DNA from: Tubiluchus corallicola
Taxonomy: Eukaryota > Animalia > Priapulida
DNA length: 64,000 nucleotides
Assembly: GCA_030141605.1 (NCBI GenBank)
Contig: JAQGDQ010001021.1
Location: 5,725 to 69,724, forward strand
Reading direction: 5' to 3'
This document shows positions 1 through 13,110 of the stretch, in pieces. The notes under the pieces are model-generated. The model worked only from the letters and a program-made list of their open reading frames with translations. It did not search any database and had not been told where the DNA came from. Positions within the stretch are counted from its first letter, which is position 1; the number at the start of each line of letters is the position of its first letter. A program made the translations under genes and the position numbers.

Positions 1-267
1 AGACGATTGTTCCAAAATCATCTGGCATCGACTCTACCATAAACACTGGACGATCAGAGCCATTATCTCGAGTGGATGGACAAGTTTTTATGTTTGAAGT
101 ATCTGCACGAATATGAGCAAACAGGAGAATAATTATCTGCAATAGAAACAAGAGATCAGGTCATAGAGGTGAACAGCACTCGAGTGGATGATGATTATAT
201 GCTACAGGGAAACAGATAAGAGATGGTGGGAAATTCAGACTAAGAGACTAAGACTAACTACTACGAT

Positions 268-1115
268 TTGAGTCTGTTGAACACTTTTTGTTGCACTGCC
301 CATTGTATCAACAAACTAGGGTTGTTATGTTTGATAAACTAAATGAAATACTTCTGCCCGGAAGCCTTAATATAGCTGCCTTAGGAACTAATGATCTGTT
401 GAAGTTGTTATTATTCGGAAAAGATGAATTTAACTATGTTGCTAACTGTAAAATATTCCAATGCATACATGACTTTATATTACGAACTAAACGCTTCCAG
501 TAGTTTCTATCTGATATGAAATGCATCAGTCTTAAATATTCGTACATTAATATTTTCTAACCGTCATTTTCCACTAATGTCTAATGTATTCTTGTAGTAA
601 AACTTGTCAGCTTGTGTAGTTATAGTCAATTCTTACTGTAAATGTTACTAATGTCTAATGTAATCTTGCAGTAAACTTGTCAACTTGTGTAGTTATAGTC
701 TATTTTACTGTAAATGTTACTAATGTCTAATGTAATCTTGCAGTAAAACTTGTCAGCTTGTGCAGTTATAGTCAATTCTTGCTGTAAATGTTACTAATGT
801 CTAATGTAATCTTGTAGTAAAACTTGTCAGCTTGTGTAGTTATATAGTCAATTCTTGCTGTAAATGTTACTAATGTCTAATGTAATCTTGTAGTAAAACT
901 TGTCAGCTTGTGTAGTTATAGTCAATTCTTACTGTAAATGTTACTAATGTCTAATGTAATCTTGTAGTAAAACTTGTCAGCTTGTGTAGTTATAGTCAAT
1001 TCTTACTGTAAATGTTTTTGTAAATAGTGTATGAAGTCTGTTGTGGTGAGGATCCTAAATCATGTTGTTCAAACTGTCTGATCCAATCCTACAATAAATT
1101 ATGTTTAAACTAAAC
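268..1115 (+). mobile_element. 5'-truncated LINE 3' end (ORF2 C-terminus, 3'UTR with tandem repeat, TAAAC tail)
   Basis: Encodes ESVEHFLLHCPLY...LLLFG...IFQCIHDFILRTKRFQ*, a typical non-LTR ORF2 C-terminus. Followed by about six 74-bp repeats and AATAAA...TAAACTAAAC. Related copies at 28668-29332 and 58808-58985. Confidence 0.8.
574..1015 (+). repeat. 74-bp tandem repeat (about 6 copies) inside the LINE 3'UTR
   Basis: Unit ctaatgtctaatgtaatcttgtagtaaaacttgtcagcttgtgtagttatagtcaattcttactgtaaatgtta recurs every 72-76 bp. Confidence 0.95.
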
Positions 1116-1678
1116 ATTACAAAAAATCGTGTAGACTTTGCACTCAGGAAAAGCGCAGTGCGTCCAAAATGTTTTCTACTTGCACAAAAGGTGCACCTCT
1201 TTTTCTACACGCATAGATGGCTTGTAAATCAACTTATAAAGGCAGCAAAGTCAATCAATGGCTGTTTCGTGAGTGAATGATCCAAAAGGCAGTGAAAACC
1301 ACCCAGTCAGAAGACAGAAAAATCCTGTCTAAATGCCACGCGAGATTTGATTCAGACACAAATAAACGTCAGCCCTATTGATATTTCACCTCGCTTCGTT
1401 GACACAGACACCAGGTGGGGTGGACAGATAAAGTCTGCAGATGACTTAAAAGAGGTGGCATCGTTGCTGAGTCATCGAGGCCCCATCTACATCATAAAGC
1501 GCCTCTTTTCCTTGTCAAAATACGAAATGCACGAAAGTGACAACACAGACTGTGTATTCTAGAAGCCAAATTAGTTACTGCGCCAGCAATCTGTAATTGT
1601 AATTGCGAATGGGTCGATATTCCTAATGTTTTGTGTACCTGTGATGCACGTATGAGAAAAAAATCAATTCACTATAGG

Positions 1679-2167
1679 CAGGGATGAGAATGACAAATTG
1701 CAAAAAAACTCTGAAACAGGCCGGGGGTGTGGGGGCCACGTAGGCCCCCAATGGGGTTCAAGGGAAGCCGCCTTGGAGCCAGCAACAAATTGCAATTTTT
1801 TGACCATAGAGGCCTCTAAGTGGACTTAAAATATCAATTACCTTGTTTCATGCATAATTTAAAATACCCAACTATCAAGGATACATGATACCTAATTGTT
1901 TAAAAAATGCCTAAGTACTGGCCGCTCCTATGCAAAAGTATATAAAAACTGTCTGCAATTGACTCAAATAACTCCACACAATTGATTCTATATTTTTATA
2001 CGTAGAGATATACACGTGGTTACACTGTTGTACGTGATGTAAACAAAGTGACGGCCTGCCAACTAGCGGTCAGCTTGTGAAATAATGTACTGTGTCCGTA
2101 AAAATTTTCTCAACGAATTTACGCGATTTACATAAATGGCACTAAATGGAATTCTGCGTCATCCCTG
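1679..2167. mobile_element. hAT-like MITE, family A copy 1
   Basis: Termini CAGGGATGA...TCATCCCTG; the interior aligns with 41633-42054. No clear TSD. Confidence 0.75.
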
Positions 2168-3077
2168 CATGGGGTGTAGGGAAACCATAGTCATAAATTG
2201 GGGGTCATATAGGTTCGCTTTCGTTCCCAGATTTCGAAAATGCCAGAAAGGGAATGGTAAATTCCTTAGCGGCAACCTGTTTCCGGCAGAAATGCCGTCG
2301 TATTTTGTGAAAAATTAATCTAGGCTTCCTCTGAACTATAGCGCTAGATGAAATAATAGTTGTGGCAACTAGTGCGAGGGTTCTAATACGTGGGTTCGAA
2401 TCTCAGTAGTTACCTTTATCATCTGTTGAACAACAGGGTTCCTCTATGGTTTTAACTCTTAGATTAGCAAGCAGCAACCTAACATAGGTGTCTACAATTC
2501 TTTACAAGATGCTTGCTTCCCTGTAGCATGCAATGTAATTTCAGTTTTCGTTCGGGCTTCTTTCTTGTAGAATTCTTCAGCAGAAGACTGCTTCCTTGGT
2601 AACTACAGCCTCGCCACTTTCAACATATCAACACATACCTTTGTCACTAATAACAAAAATTTTGTTTGCATTCATTTCTACTGTAAAATCTCACAACCCA
2701 CCCACCGTACAGCCTACGCCCACCTTACCCTGGGTGTACTACTGGCCTTATAAATTTAGATATTTACGAAGTTTCTAATTTCGTGATAAAATATCTGAGG
2801 GTTTATATTTGATATTTACCAAATTTCCCTATAATCCACAATGAACTAAACTTTCCTCAAATAGATTCTTCCCAAAATACGACCGGATTCATTTATGCAA
2901 TTACTAAACGACTTGCAAAAATTAAAAGAGAAATACGCATGCCGGAAACACGTTTCATTTCCGGTTAATTACGAGGGTTAAAAGCTGCGGGTGTAGAGTA
3001 ACCCTGCACGTGATCGCTTTGCCGTACATCTGATATTCCATTTTAAAGTGAGAAGCGTTACTCATTATTTTGCCAAG

Positions 3078-4440
3078 ATAATTGAGGGTTTGTCGTCAAC
3101 AGAACGTTCAGGAAAATAACAGCAAAGTCAACAGAGACAAGTTGAAATTCACTCGAGCGTGCATACCCCCGCACAAAACACAACATTGTCCTTGAACAGT
3201 AATTAAGACTAATAAGCTTGTTTTTCTGAACAGTTTTTTCCTGGTTTTGGCTAAACGTTTCAATCGCAAACGCAAACGATTCGAGTTCAGTCATGTTGAG
3301 GGAAACGCAAAAAATGGGTTCCTACTGTTAAATTCAGGTAAAAAAGTCACCGGTGAAAAAGCCACAGGAAAAAAGTCACAGGTAAAAAACCCACTGGTGA
3401 AAAATTCACAGGAAAAAAGTCACAGGTAAAAAAGCCACTGGTAAAAAAAATCACAGGTAAAAAAGCCACAGGTAAAAAAGTCACAGGTAAAAAAGTCACA
3501 GGTAAAAAAGCCACTGGTGAAAAAGTCACAGGAAAAAAGTCACAGGTGAAAAAGTCACAGGTAAAAAAAGTCACAGGTTAAAAAGCCACAGGTGAAAAAG
3601 TCGCAGGTAAAAAAGTCACAGGTAAAAAAGTCACAGGAAAAAAGTCATAGGTAAAAAAGTCACAGGTGAAAAAAGTCACAGGTTAAAAAGCCACAGGTTA
3701 AAAAGCCACAGGTAAAATGTCACAGGAAAAAAATCAAAGGTAAAAAATATGTGTATATATATATATATATATATAATTGAGGGTTTGTCGTCAACAGAAC
3801 GTTCAGGAAAATAACAGCAGAGTCAACAGAGACAAGTTGAAATTCACTCGAGCGAGCATACCCCCGCACAAAACACAACATTGTCCTTGAACAGTAATTA
3901 AGACTAATAAGCTTGTTTTTCTGAGCAGTTTTTTCCTGGTTTTGCTAAATGTTTCAATCGCAAACGCAAACGATTCGAGTTCAGTCATGTTGAGGGAAAC
4001 GCAAAAAAATGGGTTCCTACTGTTAAATTCAGGTAAAAAAGTCACAGGTAAAAAAGCCACAGGGAAAAAGTCACAGGTAAAAAGTCACAGGAAAAAAGTT
4101 TACAGGTAAAAAAGTCACAGGTAAAAAAGCCACAGGAAAAAAGTCACAGGTAAAAAAGCCACTGGTGAAAAAGTCACAGGAAAAAAGTCACAGGTAAAAA
4201 AACCCACTGGTGAAAAATTCACAGGAAAAAAGTCACAGGTAAAAAAGTCACAGGTTAAAAAGTCACAGGAAAAAAGTCACAGGTAAAAAAACCACAGGTA
4301 AAAAAGCCACAGGTAAAAAGTCACAGGTAAAAAGTCACAGGAAAATCACAGGTAAAAAATATGTATATATATATATATGTATATGTATATGCATATGTAT
4401 GTATATGTATATAGGTATATATACACATATGCATATATAG
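3078..4440. repeat. Tandemly duplicated element of about 700 bp (3078-3772, 3773-4440) carrying 14-15-bp GGTAAAAAAGTCACA arrays and a (TA)n end
   Basis: Both units begin ataattgagggtttgtcgtcaacag with a near-identical head of about 260 bp, followed by the short-period array. Confidence 0.9.
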
Positions 4441-4485
4441 TATTATCATAACGGTTTATATTGATTTTGTGCAACTCTACAATAT

Positions 4486-4556
4486 TAATCTGTAGTCCTG
4501 GTGGCAAAAAGGCGAGAGTTCTAATCGCAAAGTCTCGGGTTCAAGCCCCGACTGAC
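4486..4556 (+). mobile_element. tRNA-derived (SINE-head-like) remnant
   Basis: A-box-like TAGTCCTGGTGG, anticodon-loop-like gagTTCTAAtc (Arg-TCT-like) and B-box GGTTCAAGCCC with T-stem tcggg/cccga. Acceptor stem not intact. Confidence 0.5.
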
Positions 4557-4967
4557 TCATAATTTTTCAGCATGTTTTTTTTTCAATTCATCAGCTATGC
4601 TATGTTAACTTCTGTATAATAGATCGTCACGTTAGCCACTTCTGGTCTACAAAAGGTCTACAAAATCATTAGTCGTGTCTTGACGGAGTTAGCAAAACGT
4701 TTTTTCGTCAACTTCCGAATGTGCGTAACCTACTTTGAAGATACCTGATATAATTTGATCTTGCTTAGCGTATACATCACGCCTGCTTCACATTTAACAA
4801 TGCAAAGTCGATCTTTATTAGAATGGAATACATCCTATAATGCAGCGATAACAACCTATTATGGAGCAAAACGGTTAAACTAACAAGAGCACCTCAAGTT
4901 TTTGCCCAATTAGTAAAAAGAGCAGAGCACTTCTCACGGTACAGCGTGCGTTTTTGCACCAGTTTAA

Positions 4968-5532
4968 CCCTTATAGGGTCACGATTTTTTACAACCGATT
5001 TTGGTAACCGTGGGGTAAAAGATAACCACCATAATTCGTAAATTACTTTTCATAAACCACCGTGTTTCATTAGTAAACAGCAACAGCATAATTTGTGGTT
5101 ACGCTGACCACCATAGGATACATTGTACCTCTGCTTATAGACATGTGACTTACTAGTAATACGAAATTTAAATTCACTTAGTTACGTTCCCTTATCTATG
5201 CTGGAATAACTGTAGGCAACCGACATTGCTAGCGCGTGTGGGGCAAAAATCATCGTTATTTTGAATTTATTGTCTACTACTTTCTTCTTTTAGGTGAAGT
5301 AATTTGAGTAACTGACATGCCCGCAAAACAATAATGTATAGACAAGCGAAGTAAAGTTTCGACAATTTTAAAAAAATCGACATATTGCATTTTCACTTTT
5401 ATTTCGTGGTGAGACAATGCGCCTAAAATAAATAACAGAAAGTATTTTGTGCACAAAACATATTTAGAAAAAGTCATAGAAAAGGTTTACGGGGATAACT
5501 TTTTACCCCCCCCCCCGGTGACCTTATATGGG
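4968..5532. mobile_element. piggyBac-like MITE, family B copy 1
   Basis: TTAA|CCCTTATAGGGTCAC...GTGACCTTATATGGG|TTAA; the interior matches 53350-53885. Confidence 0.9.
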
Positions 5533-5579
5533 TTAAATAGACACACGATTACACTACTCATTGTTTAAATAATTCTTTA

Positions 5580-5750
5580 GAGGTTCGGTTGTTTTCACTC
5601 AATCTCATTTTAATTTACTGTTCAAAATATACATTTTCTTGCATATAAAAGTTAGCAATTGTTTCTTAAATTATTTTTTTCTTCAAATGGGAAGGTGAAC
5701 TATTGAACTAATTCTTTATTTTGAACTAATGTTTACACAATCATCCAGTT
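5580..5750. mobile_element. Internally deleted fragment related to the Kolobok-like MITE at 52285
   Basis: ctcaatctcatttt...tacattttcttg..tataaaa.ttagcaattgtttcttaaa and tgtttacacaatc.tcc.gtt are shared with both ends of 52285-52802. Confidence 0.6.
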
Positions 5751-5996
5751 AGATAGCAATAGTTAGTTAAAAAATCAATTTTATTTGTTTACAAATAATC
5801 TATAATTTCAGTATTTTGTTCAGGTTAAACGTAAGTTGAGTTTCGACGCGAAATCGACATTAACTAAAATTATTTTAATAACGTAGTACGCGAAAAACAG
5901 AATGAGTAAAATTCTTAAAACACTGGGAATCGAACTTGCGCCCTGCGCCATGCTGGCTCAAACTCTACAAATAGCTGCAACCATATAAAGTCAACG

Positions 5997-6168
5997 CATG
6001 GTTGCATGTTTACATTGTTACATGGTTGCATGTTTACATTGTTACATGGTTGCATGTATACATTGTTACATGGTTGCATGTTTACATTGTTACATGGTTG
6101 CATGTTTACATTGTTACATGGTTGCACGTTTACATTGTTACATGGTTGCATGTTTACATTGTTACATG
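5997..6168. repeat. 24-bp minisatellite (about 7 copies)
   Basis: Unit catggttgcatgtttacattgtta. Confidence 0.95.
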
Positions 6169-7334
6169 ATTGCTTTGCTTTTCAAAAAACTAATTTATCT
6201 TTCACAAGACTAACTTGACACGTCTCAGTACTAACACATATTTATCACCAGGTGAATAATATCTCACACGTGCTTAGAAAACAGTCCATAACAATTTGGA
6301 TGTTTCCTCCTTTATTTAAATTACAAAGGAAGTTAACAAGAATAAAAATGAAAAACGGAAACTGTCATAAAAACGGCAACGCGCATCGTAATTTACGAAA
6401 CGGCTTGGAAAGATTAAAGTAAGGCGCAAAATTTGAGAAATTACAGCGAAGATTTATGACGTAACGCATAAACGAGCGTGCATAATTTATCATAATTTAT
6501 CACAATTTCAACGCGCGCAAAGCAAAGCTTAAATTATTCATCGCGTGGTGGATTTTTTTGTGAATTGCAGAACAACGCGTTGACGCAGGGCTCGGTTGAA
6601 AAATGGCAGCCATTGTTTGTCCAATGATTGTCAAAGCCTTTTATTGACTTATCACGCCTGGAGACGAACATTCCCCAGAAATATAAATAAGCCCTCATGT
6701 TTCGAAAATAATGTTGTATTTCAAATTCACGGTTGATCTAAGATGAGGCGAAATATGCCCGCTCTGGTGTGCACGAAACTCAAGAATGCAAGAGACCAGA
6801 ATTAGGAAAACAAGAACGAAAATAACAAGGAAGAAGTACTTCAAAACCAAAACAGAGAGGCAAAATTTGCATATTTTAATTCCTGAATGTTTAAGTTAAT
6901 GGGATTGATATTTAAAGGGTCAACATTTAAATAGTTTAATGAAACAGGAATGCCCGTTAATTTGTTTAAAAAGCTCTTGTTAAAGTCAAACAAACGGAAA
7001 CGGAAATGTACAATCCTAGGCTGGGCTAAGGTTTACCCAAAGCTTTGGCCTGCCTTGAACCGTTCAGAAACCGTGTACAAATGGTAATAAGTCACCTAAA
7101 CCGGCAAGTTTACCCATTTCGTTCAATTTGTTAACTTTTCGCAGTAGGCTTAGAAAAAACAACGTTAGCAACAAGGTAACCACCGATCACGGAGACTTGT
7201 GAGCACTGAGCAACCAAAACGCACAACTCCCAAGGCTAGAATTAGCTATGGATACTCTGTCAAGGCTCCAAGGTAATAAAATAATAGCTGTTTAAATAAC
7301 TGTGACATTGACATTGACAAAATCTGAGACTTAC

Positions 7335-8010
7335 CTTCGCATTGTTGACCGATGGCTTGATACCCCGGAACGCACTCGCAGCCGCCGGTCAGTATTGACC
7401 ACGAACCGTCGCCGGTGCACAGGTAGGACGGCTGCTGGCTCTGAGCCGAATTCGACACGCAGTGACCGATGGTCTGACGGATGGAGGAGAGTTCCCGTCC
7501 CGTCGGAGTCTCCGGAAAGAACGCGTGGTTGATGGTGATATTCGGGCAGGTGATGTAGTAGACTTTGACGGACAGCAAGGAGATGCAGGCGCCCTCGTCG
7601 TGAAATGCAAAATACGCGCCCTTCTTGGAGACCGGGATGCTGCGGATTTCTTCGTTGATGACCACTTCGTTGTTGTCGCTGAAGCGTCCCTCGTCGGCGG
7701 CGATGCGGTCAATCATCTTGTAGGTGTTCGTGCTCCAAGTGGGCATGTTGTCGTCGGCAAAGTCAAACTCGGATTCGAAATAGAGGAGGCTGAAGGTCTC
7801 CTTGCAGGACCGCACCGTCGCCGGAAAGTGGGTGCAGTCTCTCATGGAAAATTTCACCTGAACGTAGAGGCGCTCGGCCGGTCCGCGTTCGATGAACGGA
7901 GTCCGTAACCAATTGCGGACATTGGCCTGGTTAACATCACAGACAACGTAGGATCTCCAGCTGACCATGTTCCTGTCCTCGTCATAGTGGGGATAACTTT
8001 CCTCAAGCCA
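7335..8010 (-). CDS. Eph: Eph receptor tyrosine kinase, coding exon 3 (ephrin ligand-binding domain plus start of the Cys-rich/sushi region)
   Basis: Translation WLEESY...WRSYVVCDV...NWLRTPFIER...KFSMRDC...SCKETFSLLY...IDRIAADEGRF...GAYFAFHDEGACISLLSVKVYYITCP...FPETPTG...GHCVSNS...CTGDGSW...GGCECVPGY...CE shows the hallmark Eph motifs. Acceptor tttgtttcag|TGG at 8011/8010 and donor GAAG|gtaagt at 7335/7334. Length 676 nt, phase 0 to phase 1, as in the large third exon of other Eph genes. Visibly more GC-rich than its flanks. Confidence 0.97.
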
Positions 8011-8589
8011 CTGAAACAAAAAAACAAACAGAAATGATTTACATGTTTTCAATAAGGGGTCGTCCACCAAAGAGGTCATTATGTGTGCATTATGTAGGCC
8101 CATTAGTATTAGACAGCTCCTGTTACTAAACTACAGGAGTATAACAGTGTAGTGAAAAACTATATGCAGTCTATCTTAGTCCTTGATGCAAGGAGTAAGT
8201 TATTTGGTAATCGAATGCCCTTCCACATGCATATATTCCTTGGTGCTTCAAAATTTCACACCACTGATTAAACTGTTTTGTTCAAAGTGTTAAAAGATAG
8301 ACCTATGTCAGCAGCCAGCTGGTCACCAATCCATCAAAATCACACTCAAAATCTGACCTAACTTTCAGTATGCCTCACTTGTCCAACCTATTTTGCTTGA
8401 ACATATATGTATACTCTACAAGGCGAACAAGTTAAGAGGTCCTGCTGTGTACTGCAAAGTTAAGCAACACCAGACAAGATTTCCAAAAGGATGACTGAAC
8501 CAGTAGTGATTGCTAGAAAAACTGCTTCTGGGGGGATTCATCAGCCCAATTGGCCTTCACGTTAAAACACTTAATCACAGCTTGAAAAT

Positions 8590-8910
8590 TATTATTATTA
8601 TCATCATCATCATCACCATCACCATCACCATCACCATCACCATCACCATCACCATCATCATCATCATCACCACCACCACCATCATCACCATCAGCATTAC
8701 CAACACCATCATCATCACCATCATCATCATCACCATCACCATCACCATCATCATCATCATCACCATCGTCACCACCACCACCACCATCATCACCATCAGC
8801 ATTACCAACACCATCTCATCATCATCATCATCATCATCACCACTGCCACCATCATCATCATCAGCAGCAGCAGCAGCATCACCATTATCATCATCATCAT
8901 CATCATTATA
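8590..8910. repeat. Compound (CAT/CAC)n microsatellite
   Basis: Direct inspection. Confidence 0.95.
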
Positions 8911-10133
8911 TAGTATTACTTTATTATTATTACGTATTATTACTATTAACATAATATTTAGTAACATGAGTCTGTTACAGTGTATTATATGACCATTTAA
9001 CCAAAATAATAACCAAAAAAATGAGGCTTTTAATGTCATTTATTTCAACATCCATTAAGAGCGCTGGCAATATGGACTGAGCGAAATCCAGTTGGATACT
9101 TTCAAGAGCCGAAGCAGCAGCTGGAAAGCCTGCGATAGGGGGGAAAATCGACAAGAAATTCAATAGCTTTTAACTCTCTCCTCACGGCTATTTATCAAGC
9201 ACCCTGGCTGACAGCGCTGTCCAATGCACCGTCAACAAGAGAACAGCCATTCGCCATCATTCACTGCTTTGTTAAAAAATTAACAGCTGTTAGAGGCTAG
9301 AAAAGCCGTACGAGGAAGGGGCTTTTGCTCTCAATTGATCGTATAAAGGAGGGAACCTCTTATTACGAAGACAGTAAGTGTTTCTTTAGACTCTCCTGGC
9401 ACAGTAATATCATAATTCTAGCAAATTGTAAAACTGACATTTTGACAAGAGAAAAAACAAAGATCACTCATATAAATACGCCTCTGCAGCTTTTTCGTTT
9501 GGGGTTAACTTCAACCAGCAGCAGGTTGTACTATGTTCGAGCTCCTCGATCAAATTCGAATTTAGCAGCAAATCTGTGACCCGAAATTCATCAAACCAGC
9601 AACGAAACCAGAACGACTGGGTACAACGATTATTAATAACAGTATTAGTCGCAAAGATGAGCTTTATTCGTCAAAAATAAACAAGGTAATTGCATTAGCC
9701 CAGATTTGGCGCAACTGAAAGGGTTAATCATGCTTGTTGACCAACAACGGTATGTACACAACGACGTGTATGTCACGTGACGCGGCACCTAATACGCTCA
9801 TTAAGTTTGCCAATAAACACCGAATGTAATAAAATCGCATTAGAGCCTGCTGACATTGACACACAGCCCAACGTCTTGCATTACCTTTCCGAGGATCTAT
9901 AAACCTAGACATCTGCCGTGTGCACACGCAGGCTAATGGGCACAGCGCGATCTAGCGGTAATGCACATTCTAGTAGACGATATTATTGCAATCATAAATA
10001 ACATCGACGTCGTCTTCATATTAATAATGCACGCGGCACAGCGAGAGTTGAAGAGCAGCTGCATCTGGTCTCCGAAAGGCTTTTAGCCCTTCAAAATTTT
10101 AAACTATTGTTGCCACAGATAGGTGTCACTGGA

Positions 10134-10593
10134 TAAAAAGACACCAGGGGCAGTGTCGCAAACATATGATTGTTTTGAGACAATGGATTCGACGTAAAAG
10201 TTTGATTTTATACCGTGAAATTAACAACAAGCTTTGAAAAAGCCTGTTCTAAAATACAAACTAAAAAGAATTGGTCCCAGAACAAAACCTTGAGGGAGAC
10301 TGATTTGCACATCGACATCACACACTTAAAATGACAGCTGTACAGATGACACTGGTTTTATACTTGTCAATTTAACATCATCTAACACTGTCTTTGTGTT
10401 TATCAATTTAACATAAAAACCCTATTCTAAAATACAAACTAAAAAGAATTGGTCCCAGAATCGAACCTTGGGGGAAACTGATTTGTGCACCGACATCACA
10501 CACTTAAAATGAGAGTTGTACAGATGACACTGGTTTTATACTTGTCAATTTAACATCATCTAACACTGTCTTTGTGCTTATCAATTTAACATA
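10134..10593 (-). mobile_element. Degenerate LINE reverse-transcriptase fragment with an internal duplication of about 175 bp
   Basis: Minus strand reads SLPQGFVLGPILFSLYF (the RT PQGSVLGP motif), repeated. An inverted copy lies at 17326-17550. Confidence 0.7.
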
Positions 10594-11593
10594 ATGTTAA
10601 TTCAGATTTTAATCAATTCTAATTATGTTATACAGTGACAGATGGCGCACTTTCCTCAATTAAATTTTAAGTCAAATTGTCATTGTTTACTGATGATTGT
10701 TCCTTTACTGGTGGACAGATTGGCATGGATTTGAAAATCTGGTGACCTTTTCATGCCTAATTTGAATCCCTCGAAAAGGTTTGTTTTAGCTGCTCTTAGC
10801 AAACAGATGCTGAGAATTGCTAATCAATAAGTTACTTGAGACGCCCCCCCCCCATAGCTGTAAACCTCTTATCACCATTAAATAAACTATGCCAATAGAT
10901 TATGTAATGTTTGCATCTAAAACTTTAAATTTTGTTTCACCGTCCCTCTTTCTCATCCCTCTCTCTACTTCAAAATTATGATAATGGCCATGATAATGTT
11001 TGTCACTCGTCATTATCATCATTATTATTATAGCCGTCATTACCGTCGTCATTGTCATTGTCATTGGTTCTCCACTTCAGCGGCTCAAATTATTTAGAAT
11101 TGTCAAATGTTGCTCAATTTAAAGGAAAGAACAAGTCACTCAGTATGTTGGGTTTATTTTACAGTTACCACTTAAACTTAGAAAAATATAACAAAGAAAT
11201 TTGCAAAAAAGTTTCCATAAAGCATAAATGTGAAATATATTGCCTCTGAATACAATGTTTAGGCGTTGCGGTTGCCGTTGTTCGTTTGAAAATTATGAAG
11301 CGCGCGCTGCTTAAACTATTAAAACTTCTGCAGCTTACCTAATGTTCACGCAAAAAACGTTTCGAAATCATCTATCTAATGTTTTCGTAAAAGTTATTAT
11401 ACGTTTGACGAAGATCGACAATGCGCTACTTTTCTTCAAAATGAATGACGTCATTAGAAGAAGAATGGGCATTCAAAATGGGCAGCGCCCAGGCATCAAG
11501 TGATCGCGACTTTAAAGTGATTTTGCTAATTTTGGGGTGGTTATTGGAGTTCTGTTACTAATTCCTTCTAACATTTTTTGCGAATATTGAAAA

Positions 11594-11870
11594 AAGCCTA
11601 ACTTCCCAGAAGACCTGACCTTTCCTTTATAACTGTTCCTTAATGTTGGCATTTACACACATAACACACGGGGAAATGAACTGAATTACGGATGCAAGTA
11701 TAAGTTGACATCCCGATTTATCTCCCTCTATCCTTGAAATAAGCCTCACTTCCCAGAAGGCCTGATCTTTCCTTTAAAAATGTTCCTTAATGTTGGCATG
11801 TACACATATAATACACGGGGAAAGGAATTGAATTACGGATGCAAATATAAGTTGACATCCGGATTTATCT
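11594..11870. repeat. Local tandem duplication of about 148 bp
   Basis: aagcct.acttcccagaag.cctga.ctttcctt...gttgacatcc.gatttatctcc occurs twice. Confidence 0.85.
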
Positions 11871-12519
11871 CCTACTACCCTAACAGCCCAAGCCAATCAA
11901 ACTCATTAACAGTCTTTTCAGCTGCGAGGTTACGAAATAGCACCTGATTACCGATTAGACCCTGTGATAATCAGGTAATGGTCAAGAGATTGAGGTGATG
12001 GTCACTCTGCCAGACGGACCACAACACCCACCTGGGATAAGATAAAGGCCGCCTGGCGTTAATGGATAAAATTGCAGGCAATTCATGCTCAATGCATCCT
12101 TTGTGGAACAAAAGTTGTCAGACGTAAGCAGGAAGGGTTAAAAAGTGGAAATTGACTTTTGGGCATGTTACATGATTTCGGCAAATTAATGTGACTAATT
12201 GCTTCAAACGTCCAATTACTGTATAGTACCTGTCAAGCCTTCACTATCTTAGTATGAAGTAGAATACTATCTTCAAGAGAGAAGCCACGAACAAACAAAA
12301 AATTTCGATGCACTAAAGCCATCTCAATGGAATTATCATGGTACAACAACACCACATTCACAATCTCTCTTAACTATGAGAGTTTTCAGTCAAGTTTTCT
12401 CTCGCTTGCATTTTAATAGGTATAATCATTGATAGAACTGCTTAATTTGGAGCTAAAATCATCTGAATTTCGTGATTTTGAAATGTTGCTGCACCGTGAT
12501 ATTCAATTTCACCATATTC

Positions 12520-12873
12520 ACTGTCGTCGCTGTTATTGTCGTCGTCATCATCGTAATCGTCTTCGTCTTCGTCATCGTCATCGTCGTCGTCGTCGTCATG
12601 ATCATCATCATAATCATCATCATCATCATCAAAAGCAGCAGCGACAGTAAACATCATAGTCCATTTATGACCCGTTCTTTGGCTAGTTTTAAAGAAGAAC
12701 TATCCTTCAACACTAAAAATGTCCTAATAAAATCTGTTTGACACATTATGTGTATTTATTGGTGTTCGAAGCGAGTGAAGAAGGGCTTCGTGTCAAAGAA
12801 TTCCTGAAAGAAAATGGTTTTATGTCAAAAAAGGTACAGGTATTTGATTTAAAGTTGCTGCTGCTGCTGTTGT

Positions 12874-12905
<32 letters not shown>

Positions 12906-13110
12906 CTACTGCTGTTGCTGCTGCTACTGCTGTTGCTGCTCTTGCTACTGCTGTTGCTGTTGCTGCTGTTGTTGCTGCTGTTGTTGCTGTTGCTGTTGCT
13001 GCTGCTGCTACTGCTGTTGCTGCTGCTACTGCTGTTGCTGTTGCTGCTGCTGCTGCTACTGCTGTTGCTGCTGCTACTGTTGCTGCTGCTCTTATTGTCA
13101 TTATCATCAT
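12520..13110. repeat. Trinucleotide microsatellites: (TCG/TCA)n at 12520-12650 and (TGC/TGT)n at 12855-13095
   Basis: Direct inspection. Confidence 0.95.

Noticed and set aside
2338-2410. Possible tRNA gene (GGTTCGAATCT B-box; another on the minus strand near 5920-5960)
   Set aside because: No complete cloverleaf or acceptor stem could be drawn; probably decayed SINE heads.
1-7334. Search for Eph exon 4 (xCP.G.YK, EGF-like/FN3) downstream of the LBD exon
   Set aside because: No phase-1 exon with the expected motif was seen by eye; it probably lies left of the window.
7302-7908. Overlapping ORFs 7302..7532 (+), 7462..7908 (+) and 7389..7712 (-)
   Set aside because: Shadow frames of the GC-rich Eph exon with no recognisable domains.
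8011-8103. N-terminal 31 aa of ORF 7246..8103 (MGLHNAH...FLFQ) as the Eph start
   Set aside because: It is intronic and encodes the polypyrimidine tract and acceptor; the true upstream exons are at 45.9 and 53.1 kb. The C-terminal part below 7335 is likewise intron read-through.
9600-10060. Clusters of TAAT and ACAA motifs in unique intronic DNA as enhancers
   Set aside because: Such short motifs are expected by chance in AT-rich DNA; cross-species conservation or chromatin data would be needed.
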